Assembly: GCA_046254885.1 (NCBI GenBank)
Contig: CM100994.1
Location: forward strand, 93,638,727 to 93,702,726
Source: Sinanodonta woodiana
Taxonomy: Eukaryota
DNA length: 64,000 nucleotides
Direction of reading: 5' to 3'
Below are positions 50,519 to 61,679 of this stretch, piece by piece (within the stretch, counting starts at the first letter, position 1; each line of letters starts with the position of its first letter). A program made the translations under genes and the position numbers. The notes beneath the pieces were generated by a model that saw nothing but the letters and a program-made list of their open reading frames with translations, made no database searches and was not told where the DNA came from.

Positions 50519-51425
50519 ATGCCATATAATGTTGTTAGTGTCTCACTGACCGATGGCCAGGTCAAGAAATTGCGATCAAAGTCAGCTAAAGAATGTGGAA
50601 CCACAATAACGCTAAAGCCGTCACAAATGACTGGTGGTACACATATAATCTCATTAACGGATCGTCAAATCAAACATTTCAATGATGCAATGAAGAATAA
50701 AAAAGGTGTTCAGGTAGATTTTTCAAAGGCTGCAATCGATAATATGATAAAATCCGGTGGTATATTTCCGTTGTTAGCTGCTATGCCAGCGCTAATTGCA
50801 GCGGCTTCCCCAGCGGTGGCGAAAGCAGAGGCGCTAGGAGCTGTTGGTACTGCTGCAGGGATGGCACTAAAAAAGGCAACCGGTCAAGGATATAAAAAAA
50901 GTGAAAGGGTTTAAGACTACCAGGAACTCCGCATACATGGTGCAAGGGAAGCGGATTAAGAATACCAGGAATGGTTTATTAGCAAAATCCTACGGATTTG
51001 GGCCTATTGTTCCCATGTCTAATTTTGATTTAATTGATGCCGCTAGATCATTATCGCTGAAAAATTTCAGAGGAGTATTTATGAGAGATCAATTACCGAA
51101 AATTCCTAATGACGTTGAAACCGGCATAATCAATCTTGATAATTCCACAATGGGAACTCATTGGGTTGCATACGCGATTGATCCGCGTGGGATTGTCTAT
51201 TTTGATTAATATGGGTTAGCACCGCCGAAAGAATTTATGCGGTATATAACAAAACTAAAAAAAAATCCTGTTTTCTATTCCACGCTGCCAACACAACAAT
51301 TAAACGACCCGCCGATATGTGGCCGTGAAGTGTTAAATGTACTCGCGGAGATATCATTGAAATCCTCAAAACCACCTCATGTGGTTGTAAATGAATATAC
51401 CAATGGGAAGTTTTTAGAGAAATAA
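50519..51425 (+). pseudogene. adenain-like protease (frameshift in A7 at 50894-50900; in-frame TAA at 51207-51209)
   Basis: GTHWVAYAIDPRGIVYFD then a stop, then YGLAPPKEF...TQQLNDPPICGREVLNVL. The paralog has TCA (Ser) at the stop position. Confidence 0.65.
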
Positions 51426-51439
51426 AACATATCTTAATA

Positions 51440-51680
51440 ATCATGATTGATATTTGGGGACGACCTCTTTCAACAGCAGAAAAACCCAGCACGGAAACAC
51501 GAGCGCTTGATTCCATCAAGGATGTAAAAAAAAATAATAATCGAAGACGAAATCGCTGAGACGTTGAACTTAGCAAGTGTTGACCCGGGAGAAATAGTTA
51601 TATTTCAGGATCGCCAGGGTAAATTTAAATCCAGTAATGTGTCCCTGGATGTTCTTTTAACAAAAAAAACCACCATTCAG
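51440..51680 (+). pseudogene. protein D remnant (internal deletion)
   Basis: MIDIWGRPLSTAEKPSTE... and NLASVDPGEIVIFQDRQGKFKSSNVSLD match the N-terminus of 60811-61626. The rest is missing. Confidence 0.4.
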
Positions 51681-51687
51681 CAATATT

Positions 51688-51960
51688 GTGTACACGCTTG
51701 AATCCGGATCATTTGTTTGGGCTGTTACAAGTAATATACTACCTTACACTGCAGCCGTCAAGGGTATTTATCGATTAACACTAGTGTCGCCAACTCGGTG
51801 TAATATATCATCGCCGAGTTCATATGGAGACAATAACGTGATATCAACAATCATTGACAAAGATGCAACTGAACGGTTTACAATAACAAGCACAGACGCT
51901 CATTTAGCCAGGGCATCAGTGACATGGTATATAGAATCTGTAGCAGATCTAAGCAAATGA
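51688..51960 (+). CDS. protein E (90 aa)
   Basis: Nearly identical to 60425-60751. Confidence 0.45.
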   Translation: MYTLESGSFVWAVTSNILPYTAAVKGIYRLTLVSPTRCNISSPSSYGDNNVISTIIDKDATERFTITSTDAHLARASVTWYIESVADLSK

Positions 51961-52065
51961 AAAATCTTTTAAGAGTTTCGAAATCGAAAACACTATCATA
52001 TAAAATATAAAATGACTTCATCGTCACCATCATAATATCGCTATGATACCATCACGAAATTTTCA

Positions 52066-52542
52066 ATGGAACTCAAAGCACTAGCTGAAGAGTACGCAAT
52101 AAAAATTAAAAAATACAGCAGGAGAATTACCGTCATTGACGTTACAGTGTACTCAGTAAGCGGTGTAATGGCAGGAACTGGTATTATACTATCTTCAGTG
52201 ACAATGATAGCTCCGATTGCAGTTCCAACCGCTATCTCTGCGGTGACAACAATTGCCGGGGTTGCAAATGCAATCACGAAGAAATTATCATCATGTGCTC
52301 AGGAAAAACTTAACGAGTATACAGTAAAACATCAAATTGCATCAAACGGCTACACTCAATTATCCTCGCTGATATCATCGATTGATGACTCATTAATTAC
52401 CGACGATGAATTTTCCGCGATGGTTCGTATTTATGATTCCGCTATATCGAAATTAGAAACTATAAACAATAATAATAATGTCATCAGTAGAAATACTTCA
52501 ACGAATAGCAACAAATACAACTCCGGTACAAACAAAGCATGA
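52066..52542 (+). CDS. membrane protein F (intact, 158 aa)
   Basis: MELKALAEEYAIKIKKYSRRITVIDVTVYSVSGVMAGTGIILSSVTMIAPIAVPTAISAVTTIAGVANAI; one predicted TM helix. Confidence 0.5.
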   Translation: MELKALAEEYAIKIKKYSRRITVIDVTVYSVSGVMAGTGIILSSVTMIAPIAVPTAISAVTTIAGVANAITKKLSSCAQEKLNEYTVKHQIASNGYTQLSSLISSIDDSLITDDEFSAMVRIYDSAISKLETINNNNNVISRNTSTNSNKYNSGTNKA

Positions 52543-53478
52543 TATCAATAACATCAACAAACCCGGAATTTAGCGTGAACTTCCCCTCGCCGGTTTCAGT
52601 GAGCGAGATCGCGCTGGCAAAATTACGAGTATATCATAGTTGGCCTAATATTAGATCAGTAGCATTCGGCGGTCAACAACCCAACAATTCACTGGTGTTT
52701 GCACACAAGAATAAATCCGATGGGACACCAGACTGGCAGATTATTTCATTACCAACGGGGTCATACCAAATTGAACAAATCGATAAAGAATTTCAGCGTA
52801 GGATAAAATCAATTACTGGAAAAGAATCAAAAATTTCTATTAGCGTCCATGAACTGACGCTGTCATCTACAACTGAGATATCCACGGAGGGATACGTCGT
52901 AGACATTTATCGAAGCTCAATAAGAACCGTATTAGGTTGGCCTGAAAGACCACCTCAAAAAGAAACCGTTGATATACCCGAACCTGAAAAATTTAATTAT
53001 ATCACTAATAAAATAGCACCTGATAATCCAATAAAAAGTCATCACGATTATGAATTCAACAGATTCATGGTCGCGGTAAAAACATCCAACCTCCCGCCCA
53101 TAGATTATTATCGGATTAACTCAGTCGAGATTAATGAAAATTGTGTAGCTATGACTAATGATCTTGCATTGTTGTTGGTGTCATTGAGATCTGGTGAACT
53201 TTCCAGAGATGAATTTATCAACATCATAGAAACATGTAATAAAATCTTAGACGATGCAAAAATATTTCATGATAAGGTGATTTCTGATATTTATAATAGA
53301 CTTAATACTTCTAGTGCTAGTGACCTTTCTACCAGAACAAAATAATTTTTTGCCACACAATTTAATATCCGCGTAGAGGATATACCTAATTTTAAGTTGC
53401 CGGACTATCCGGTTCCCTCGATGAAACAATCTCTCAACGATGCCGTCTGGGAAGGTTTAAAAAAAACAACACGATAAT
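52539..53478 (+). CDS. candidate minor capsid protein G (C-terminal frameshift near 53340)
   Basis: STNPEFSVNFPSPV...LRVYHSWPNIRS. The C-terminal FATQFNIRVEDIPNFKLPDYP is in the next frame. Confidence 0.4.
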
Positions 53479-53511
53479 TGGTTAAAACGTCAGCAACCAC
53501 AAACAAATATC

Positions 53512-53859
53512 TTGACACACAATAATGCTCTAGATGGCACCGGTAGACATATTGCGCCAGGAAATGCGAATATTTCATCAGTGATTGCACTTAATTTAGT
53601 ATGTGATGTCATCAAAGGAAGCTATCACATTAATCTAGAACAATCAAATCAGGCCCAGCAAGGATATATTTTATACTCATTTGCACCAACAGCGCCACCT
53701 GGATTCTTAATTGTTGAGGACCCGGTTAATCCTGTATATATGCGATGTCATAATAAATCATTAACGAGAATCAATTTCCGGGTTACTGACCAGGCAAATA
53801 ATTTGATTGATCTACGCGGCGAAGTGTTAGCGATTAGTCTATTTGTGAATCGTAAATGA
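53512..53859 (+). CDS. protein H (115 aa)
   Basis: QGYILYSFAPTAPPGFLIVEDPVNPVYMRCHNKSLTRINFRVTDQANNLIDLRGE. Confidence 0.45.
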   Translation: MTHNNALDGTGRHIAPGNANISSVIALNLVCDVIKGSYHINLEQSNQAQQGYILYSFAPTAPPGFLIVEDPVNPVYMRCHNKSLTRINFRVTDQANNLIDLRGEVLAISLFVNRK

Positions 53860-53861
53860 AA

Positions 53862-54203
53862 AATCCATAGGATTTTCAGCTTTGCAATTTCAAAGGACTT
53901 TCAGTAAAATCATAAAAAATATTCACTTAAAAATCCTATGGTGAAAATCGAAGATTTTCCATTTCCAATCAAAGATTACCCTGAGCAGCCTATCTCGGGC
54001 GCAGGGGCGCAGGGCATCATTTTTTTTTGGTTGTTGCTATTTGGAGGAAAGCTTAGATTAACGATTCGATGACTGGATAAACTTTGTAGGATTTGACTGC
54101 TCTGGATTGACAAATAGACATCTTAAAATCAGGCTTTATAGGAAGCGTTAGATTAACGATTCGATGCCTGGAAAGCTTTGTAGGATTCGCCCTCTCTGCT
54201 GCT
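53862..54203. repeat. right TIR of II-a (with internal tandem duplication)
   Basis: Inverse complement of 38488-38653. The gcttagattaacgattcgatg[a/c]ctgga[t]aa[a/g]ctttgtaggatt unit is present twice. Terminus ctctctgctgct. Confidence 0.6.
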
Positions 54204-54602
54204 TGTCATGTGAGTCTCGAAGGTAATAGAATGAACGGTACGATCATAAAACACGTATGTATGGAGCGATCTAGAAAAAAAATCAGCCATTTTCACCCTC
54301 CAAGACTTAAAATAAATAAATTTCCTTGAAGCTATCCAACCGTTTTAAAGACTTATTTATACTCTCTGAAACAATGTCAGAAACAAGGCCACACCTGTTG
54401 TTTATAAATAGAGTCTAGGTCAAGCTGAATTTTCAGAAAACACTTCCCAACTTAATAAATTATAAAATGAAAACCCCAAATTGACAGACTTGAACTTGAT
54501 AATGATAAATAAATTTCTTTAAATCAAATAGACGTAACAATTGTATATTTGTAGTACTTTACACGTGCTTCCTTTAAGATGTGGTACAAATCCCCAACTT
54601 CC

Positions 54603-54606
<4 letters not shown>

Positions 54607-54660
<54 letters not shown>
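54607..54660. repeat. (GT)27 microsatellite
   Basis: Direct reading. Confidence 0.95.
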
Positions 54661-54662
<2 letters not shown>

Positions 54663-55010
54663 GCGAATGCAATTACATATACAATCTTGACGAATGAATT
54701 CAAACTAGGCAGTTTATTCAGCAAGTTAGAATAAATATTATAAACAGTTTATAAATGAATTCTTTAGTTTTGTTATAAGAGATTAAGGATAAATGAGGTA
54801 AATGTTGACTTTATAAAGTAAAGGAGGGGGATGTTATTGTGTTTTAACATTAGGAAACCTGTTCGCTGAATTAGTGTACTTAATTATATGCAAAAGTATT
54901 TTTCAATTATATCTTTGTTTGCTGTTGTACGCTTTTGGTCCGCTTTATACGGCTTTTATAAATTGTTCTCATTCTCTCACTACAAATTGACACCAATCGA
55001 ATGATTAAAA

Positions 55011-55026
55011 CACACACACACACACA

Positions 55027-55065
<39 letters not shown>
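55011..55065. repeat. (CA)n microsatellite
   Basis: Direct reading; one CG interruption. Confidence 0.9.
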
Positions 55066-55068
<3 letters not shown>

Positions 55069-55419
55069 CGCAAATAATCAATTGTAACATGTGCAACGAC
55101 AACGTGCACCATAAGTACAAAAATATAAATTATAACCAAAATGATAGATGACCAAATATCGAGTTTTACAAATAAGATTAAGAGCAACTAAATGAAACGA
55201 GACCTAGAAAGAAAGGTGTAATTTACAGAAATATTCGGTTTTACAATAATAGTAAAACAGATTACTTGTAAAAGATGGTCAATGCAAATATGGCCCGGAA
55301 CGAATCACTATGCAGGAAGGCGCAGAATCATAGAGTACGAGTGCAAGAGCGGGAAAATAATGCTAAATTAAAAGTAGATTGCGAATTACACCAACAAAAC
55401 AAAACAGTTGACTTGGTAA

Positions 55420-55524
<105 letters not shown>

Positions 55525-56011
55525 CTTTCGTTATAGCGTTTAGGTCTTTTCCTAGTTTCTAAAGCATCTTCGCCTCTTCGCGCTATTGACCGTTTGTTGA
55601 CACTCCTTAGCCCCACCCTAGCATATATGGCTAATTAGGACTTTGAGGTAACGCCACGTTTTCCTATTAAAAACAAGGTGTTTTGTTTATAAGGTATTAC
55701 GTTCTCCATTAATATAATAGTTTAGTATAATAAGTGAACTTTGCAGGGCTGCTAGTTGCTTTGCTCATGACAGCCTTTTTCTTTCTTTTTTTTTTAAATT
55801 TATTATAAAAGCTACGGAGTAAAAACGTAATTCAATCTCTACCTATGCTGCGCGGGGCATGGGTTCCGTTTCCTTCTTAGCTTGAAGCTTGGGACTTTAC
55901 TCCTAATTCTTTTAACTAGATGTCCATGAGTTAGTGTCTACCCCCCCCCCCCGTTTGTACAATGCTTTATTGAGTTTGTTTAATTTTAAAGAATCATTAA
56001 GGGTCTTCTTA

Positions 56012-56679
56012 CACAGGGGCTCGTATCGTTGTTTACAATCGACCGGTCCTACATATAGTATAATAACTAGTACTCGTACAGAGCGCCGTTTGTTTGTACC
56101 CCCCTACTTATTTCAGTAACGAAAAGCATTATCAAAATAAAAAGTCCACAAATCTTACTCATTTCATTCATTGATTTATGATTTCTAACCCGATTGCGAC
56201 CAGGTTGTCCAGAACACCTTTATCGTCTGCGTGGTTTATACATTGCGGAAGTTCTCGTTACAACAATGGCCGCCCTTACATCAATTTCAGGCAGCTGGAC
56301 AAGTCCCGTTCTCAGCGAAAGGGCGTATTTGTCATCGTGGGACGTATCCGAGAGTAAACCAAATAGGAAAATGACGTCACTTTGGCACATAGATTTGACC
56401 CATTTGTGTGCAATATGGCGTCGTCTTATTATGGAAAATTCCGCAATGCTTGAAACGCACAGGAGCTGAAGGTGTTCTGGACAACCTGGTCGCAATCGGA
56501 TTAGAAATCATAAATCAATGAATGAAATGAGTAAGATTTTTGGACTTTTTATTTTGATAATGTCTTTCGTTACTAAAATAAGTAGGGGGTACAAACAAAC
56601 GGCGTTCTGTACGACTACTATAGTTATTATACTATATATAGGACCGGTCGATTGTAAGCAACGATATGAGCCCCTGTGT
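56012..56679. mobile_element. foldback / long inverted-repeat element (two ~210-bp arms, 246-bp spacer), MITE-like
   Basis: 56012-56221 is the reverse complement of 56468-56679 at ~95% identity (cacaggggctcgtatcgttgtttacaatcgaccggtcc...ccgattgcgaccaggttgtccagaacacctt). The mirrored ORFs 56194..56469(+) and 56220..56495(-), both starting MRPGCPEHL, are artefacts of it. Confidence 0.7.
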
Positions 56680-57990
56680 CTTCTTAGAGGGAAGTTATTG
56701 TTGCTGCTCTTGTTGTTACTGCTTCATTCTGTTTTTGTAAGCTGCTTCTCCGTTGGTCATTCTAAAATTTCTGCAAGAATCTGTTATTGTGTTATATATT
56801 AACTTTGCGCCTCTTCTCAACCTTTTGTGTTTCGTTGCGATATTTTGGTAACTTTGATGGTTAGATTAAAATGTGCAAAGAAAAAATGCATTGCAATGGA
56901 AAGAAAATATGCAACTATTGTAACTAAATGTGGTTTCTGGTGATAAATTGACATACAATCATAATCAATGACTACTTACTTTAAATGATAGAGAAAATTT
57001 ACTCAAACGTCACCGAACTGCTACGCAATGGAGCTCATTATGCGCAATAGAGATTTCAGAATTTTTTTAATTATTTTAGTAGTCTTCATCTGTAAATATG
57101 GATAAATGTTGTTTTTTTTTTTTTTTTTTTATCATTAACGTATTTGACATATTACAATATAATAAAATACAAAATATGGTATGCTAATCAATATAAATGC
57201 GACACAGAACAGAAATATGCACGCTCTTTGGGATTTAAAATTTGTTTAATTATTAATCAAAAGACCTTTTAAAAATAATATTATCATTTATGAATATTTC
57301 TTATTGTGATATATTTCGACTTGCAAAATTACCTCAAATAATGAAAAGATTTAGTGTAATGAGTTTCATATGATTGCATGATGCACACAGGAAAACGAAA
57401 TAGAACTACTGTATCTTAAGACTCGGCTCGACAAGCTTGATATTTAATATATATGTAATTCTATCAGCGACAGTAACTTGTATCAGTAAACGATGAGGGA
57501 AAAGCAGAAATCTGTAAGATAAGATAAGATAAGATAAGAAACTCTATTTAAAGTCGGATTTTACATACAAATAACATAAGCTCTGTAGAGCTTTTAACCG
57601 ACAAACAATAACAACATGCATGATACTGCAATACATATTAAGCACACTAAGACACATAAAACAGATTAGTTTATAAAACTATGTTAACTATCTGTATTTG
57701 CCAAACAAGATTACTGGCATATTTTAGTGATATTCATATTAGTTGCCTGTAAAAATGGAGGAAATTATTTAAAAAAATCCCTAAAATGATAAAGTCCCTC
57801 ACTCCCACTCTAGAATGCCTCCAACAACATTGAACTGCTTTAAGGAAAGAAAAAAAAATGAGATTGACCCTTAATTGAACGTTGGGGATGGAATTTGATT
57901 TAATTAAGTCTATTGTGAACTTTAATTCATGTTGATGTTTTCTTTGTAATGTATGACGCTTAGAATATGCACCTGATCACGAAATTCTTC

Positions 57991-58519
57991 AGCAGCAGAG
58001 GGGGAGAACTTACTTTTGCCTGAAACATATACCTAATCATCGGGGGATAAAAAAATTATTTTTTTTGCAACTAGATATTTCTATGATACAGCTGCGATAA
58101 TGTTGTCATGAATATTTTTCTAGCACAGAGGGAGAACTGTACTTTTTACCACCCTTCATTACTATATGCCATAAGCAGATTTCCAATATAGAAACCTTAT
58201 TTTGGTAATCTAACGGTAAAAAAATATTTCTATGTTACAGCTGCGACAACGAGAAAACTGCATTTTTCCACCAGGGGGAGAACTGTACTTTTTGCCGAAA
58301 CATATACCGAGGATTAACTGTACTTTTTGCCCGAAACATATACCCGATCATCGGGGATAAAAAAAAATATTTCGTTTTTTTGCAACTAGATTTTTCACTA
58401 AACAAGCTGCGTTGTATCATAACGTTACTCTGTAACGAGGGTAGCAAATAGGAAATTTATATGTGTTATCCAAAGATTCTATCTAATCCGATACGATATC
58501 GTGTTCACGATGAAAGTCT
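57991..58519. repeat. terminal region of II-b: 3x ~135-bp subterminal tandem repeats plus a captured 3' fragment of an ATPase gene
   Basis: Units beginning cagagggggagaact[t/g]tactttt[t]gcc[t]gaaacatatacc at ~57995, 58130 and 58268. 58460-58513 (minus strand) encodes ...TRYRIGLDRIFG*, the ATPase C-terminus, adjacent to gene H. Confidence 0.55.
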
Positions 58520-58864
58520 TTAAGATTTCACAAATAAACTAATCGCTAACACTTCGCCACGTAAATCAATCAAATTATTGGCTTGATCAGTAAGCCGGAA
58601 ATTTACTCTTGTTAGAAATTTATTATGACAACGCATATAGACAGGATTTACTGGATTTTCAACAATTAGAAATCCAGGTGGCACTGTTGGTGAAAATGAA
58701 TATAGGATATACCCTTGTTGAGCTTGATTTGATTGCTCGAGATTAACTTGATAGCTTCCTGCTATGGCGTCACATACTAAATTAAGTGCAATCACCGATG
58801 AAATATTAACATTGTTCGGTGCAATATGTCTACCGCCGCCGTCTGGGCCATTATTGTACGTCAA
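58520..58864 (-). CDS. protein H (114 aa)
   Basis: Intact ORF, paralog of 53512-53859. Confidence 0.45.
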   Translation of the reverse strand: MTYNNGPDGGGRHIAPNNVNISSVIALNLVCDAIAGSYQVNLEQSNQAQQGYILYSFSPTVPPGFLIVENPVNPVYMRCHNKFLTRVNFRLTDQANNLIDLRGEVLAISLFVKS

Positions 58865-59888
58865 AATATTTGTTTGTATTTGTTGTTTTGGATTTTTTTA
58901 CCCATTTATCATGTATTTTTTTAAAACCCTCATCGATGGCATCGCCGAGAGATCTTTTCATCGCCGTGATTGGGTAGTTGGGAAGTTTAAATGTTGGAAT
59001 CTCTTCCACGCGTATATTAAATTTTTTGGCAAACTCTATTCTTAATTCAGGTTCAGTAATGCTTAATACTGCTTGAATAACTTTCAAATGAAATATTTCC
59101 GCATCATCAATAATTTTGTTGCATATTTCTACGACACTGATAAATTCATCTCGAGTGAGAGTACCAGATTTGATTGATATCAACGATAATAAAAGATCAT
59201 TCATCATCGCTGTGAAATTTTTAGTAATTTCATCCTCGTCAATTAGTATAACCAACTTCTCTCCATCTATTGTTCCTATAAAAAAATTAGATTTTTCATA
59301 TTCGATATAACTTTTTATTGGATTGCGAGGTGCTATCTTGTCAGTGACATAATCAGATTTTTTCGGTTCAGGTGTTGGAAATCTACGATTTTCCAATAAT
59401 GGCCTTTCAGGCCAACCTAATATGGATCTTATTGAGCTTCGATAAATCTCTACGACGTATCCCTCCGTGGGTATCTCAATTGCAGATGACAGTGTTGGCT
59501 CATGAACACTTATAGCAATTTTTGATTCTTTTCCAGTAATCGATTTTATTCTTCGTTGAAATTCGGCATTAATTTGTTCAATTTGGTATGATCCAGTTGG
59601 TATTGAAACAATCTGCCAATCCGGTGTTCCATCTTCTTTATTCTTCCACGCAAATACCAATGAATTATTAGGTTGTTGACCGCCAAATGCTTCTGATCTG
59701 ATATTGGGCCAGCTATGATAAACTCGTAATTTTGCTAACGCGAGTTCACTCACTGGAATCGGCGAGGGGAAGTTCACGCTAAATTCCGGTTTTGTTGATG
59801 ATATTGATATCATCCTCATTTGTACCGGATTTATATTTTTTACTGTTTGATCGGTATTTACCACTATTTGTTGAAGTAATTCCGTCAT
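58851..59888 (-). CDS. candidate minor capsid protein G (intact, 345 aa)
   Basis: STKPEFSVNFPSPIPVSELALAKLRVYHSWPNIRSE...; longest intact version of G. Confidence 0.45.
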   Translation of the reverse strand: MTELLQQIVVNTDQTVKNINPVQMRMISISSTKPEFSVNFPSPIPVSELALAKLRVYHSWPNIRSEAFGGQQPNNSLVFAWKNKEDGTPDWQIVSIPTGSYQIEQINAEFQRRIKSITGKESKIAISVHEPTLSSAIEIPTEGYVVEIYRSSIRSILGWPERPLLENRRFPTPEPKKSDYVTDKIAPRNPIKSYIEYEKSNFFIGTIDGEKLVILIDEDEITKNFTAMMNDLLLSLISIKSGTLTRDEFISVVEICNKIIDDAEIFHLKVIQAVLSITEPELRIEFAKKFNIRVEEIPTFKLPNYPITAMKRSLGDAIDEGFKKIHDKWVKKSKTTNTNKYFDVQ

Positions 59889-60346
59889 TATTATTATTTG
59901 TAGTTTCTAATTTCGATATCGCGGAATCATAAATATTCACCATCGCGGTAAACTCCTCTGCGGTAATCAATGAGTCATCAATCGATGATGACATCAACGT
60001 GGACAATTGAGTGTAGCCATTTGATGCTATTTGATGTTTTAATGTGTAATCGTTAAGTTTTTCTTGAGAACAAGATGATAATTTTTTCGTGATTGCATTT
60101 GCAACCCCGGCAATTGTTGTCACCGCAGAAATAGCAATTGGAACTGCAATCGGAGCTATCATTGTCACCGAAGACAGTATAATACCAGTGCCTGCCATTA
60201 TACCGCTCACTGAGTACACTGCAACATCAATGGCGGTAATTCTCCTGCGGTATTTTTTTAATTTTTATTGCATATTCTTCGGCTAGTGCTTTTAGTTCCG
60301 TTGAAAATTTCGTGATGGTATCATAACGATATTGTGATGGTGTATT
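59779..60346 (-). pseudogene. membrane protein F (1-nt homopolymer frameshift, A7 vs A6 in II-a)
   Basis: MNTPSQYRYDTITKFSTELKALAEEYAIKIKK | (frame change in the T-run 60251-60257) | YRRRITAIDVAVYSVSGIMAGTGIILSSVTMIAPIAVPIAISAV. Confidence 0.5.
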
Positions 60347-60424
60347 CATTTTATATTTTATATAATAGTGTTTTCAATGGGAAAATCTTTGATTTTCATC
60401 GGAGAATTTTCACTAAAAGATTTT

Positions 60425-60751
60425 TCATTTGCTTAGATCTGCTATGAACTCTATATACCATGTTACTGATGCCCTAGCGAGATGAGCATCATTGCTTGTT
60501 ATTGTAAACCGTTCAGTTGCATCTTTGTCAATGATTGTTGATATCACGTTATTGTCTCCATATGAACTCGGCGATGATATATTAAACCGAGTTGGTGATA
60601 TTAGTGTTAATCGATAAATACCCTTGACGGTTGCAGTGTAAGGTAGTATATTACTTGTAACAGCCCAAACAAATGATCCGGATTCAAGCGTGTACACAAT
60701 ATTACTGAATTGCCTATGAGGAATTTTTACTTTATCGAGTCGTTCGACCAT
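60425..60751 (-). CDS. protein E (108 aa)
   Basis: Intact ORF. Confidence 0.45.
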   Translation of the reverse strand: MVERLDKVKIPHRQFSNIVYTLESGSFVWAVTSNILPYTATVKGIYRLTLISPTRFNISSPSSYGDNNVISTIIDKDATERFTITSNDAHLARASVTWYIEFIADLSK

Positions 60752-60810
60752 TTTAGGAAAATCGTCTTTGACGGCGTCCGTTATTGTTTTACTTTCATCA
60801 TCGGATTTTT

Positions 60811-61626
60811 TTAGATCTTAACGGATTTTTTATTAATCGCGATTAAGTCTGAAATAGATTTATTCTCATGAATTACCCCTAATAGATTTTTCAACGCTGT
60901 GACATTTGTGTCAACTGTACCTAGTTGAGCACCAAGTAAGGCTATTTCATTGAATTTTACAGCGATTTCATCTAGAGTTGTTTTAACATCTTCGGGTTTG
61001 ATATTTTTTTTACCAAAAAATTTAACAACACCTTCATCGATATTATTAAAGTTTTTTCGTAGTGTACTAAATTGAGCTACATGTGTATCATATTCAGATC
61101 GCAATTTTGCTAATTTATCGATTGCGGTTTTTATTGCTGCAAGATTCGGTGTAGTCACTGGTGGATCTCCAAGAAATTCTGTCAGCGGCTTGTCAATGTT
61201 GTCCACGATTGAGTCTTGTAAGTCTGTATATTTTTTAAATTCAGCTATATGGTTATCATATTTATCGCTGAGTGATTTTACAGCGCTGTCTACGCTTGTT
61301 ATTTTATCTGTGACAGTCGAAACAATTACACCTGGTTTGAGTTTACCATGTTCAAACAACGAAATAGAGTTATCTGCGGCGTCACGTCTTCGTATTAAAA
61401 TGTCATCCAGGGAAACATTACTAGATTTCAATTTACCCTGGCGATCTTGAAATACAACTATTTCTCCTGGGTCAACACTTGATAAGTTCAACGTCTCAGC
61501 GATTTCATCTTCGATTATTTTTTTTACATCTTCAATTCCTTTTGTTTCCGTGGTAGGTGTTTCTGCTGCTGAAAGGGGTCGTCCCCAAATATCAATCATT
61601 ATTGTAAATACTTCGTATTTCAGCAA
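60811..61626 (-). CDS. protein D (271 aa, intact; coiled-coil-like)
   Basis: The only uninterrupted copy of D. Confidence 0.45.
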   Translation of the reverse strand: MLKYEVFTIMIDIWGRPLSAAETPTTETKGIEDVKKIIEDEIAETLNLSSVDPGEIVVFQDRQGKLKSSNVSLDDILIRRRDAADNSISLFEHGKLKPGVIVSTVTDKITSVDSAVKSLSDKYDNHIAEFKKYTDLQDSIVDNIDKPLTEFLGDPPVTTPNLAAIKTAIDKLAKLRSEYDTHVAQFSTLRKNFNNIDEGVVKFFGKKNIKPEDVKTTLDEIAVKFNEIALLGAQLGTVDTNVTALKNLLGVIHENKSISDLIAINKKSVKI

Positions 61627-61679
61627 TTATAAATATTTTTGGTTCTCTAAAAACTTTCCACTGGTATATTCATTTACAA

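Larger units (their letters stand above)
38488..54203. mobile_element. Polinton/Maverick-like element II-a (subfamily II, ~15.7 kb; left TIR truncated)
   Basis: Right terminus ...ccctctctgctgct (54203). Right TIR 53862-54203 is the inverse complement of 38488-38653 with an internal duplication. Same gene set as I-A/I-B, but the A-H structural block is on the opposite strand relative to the ATPase/integrase/replicase block. Confidence 0.6.

Noticed and set aside
56194-56495. Two 91-aa ORFs on opposite strands, both beginning MRPGCPEHL.
   Set aside because: Mirror-image artefacts of the foldback inverted repeat.
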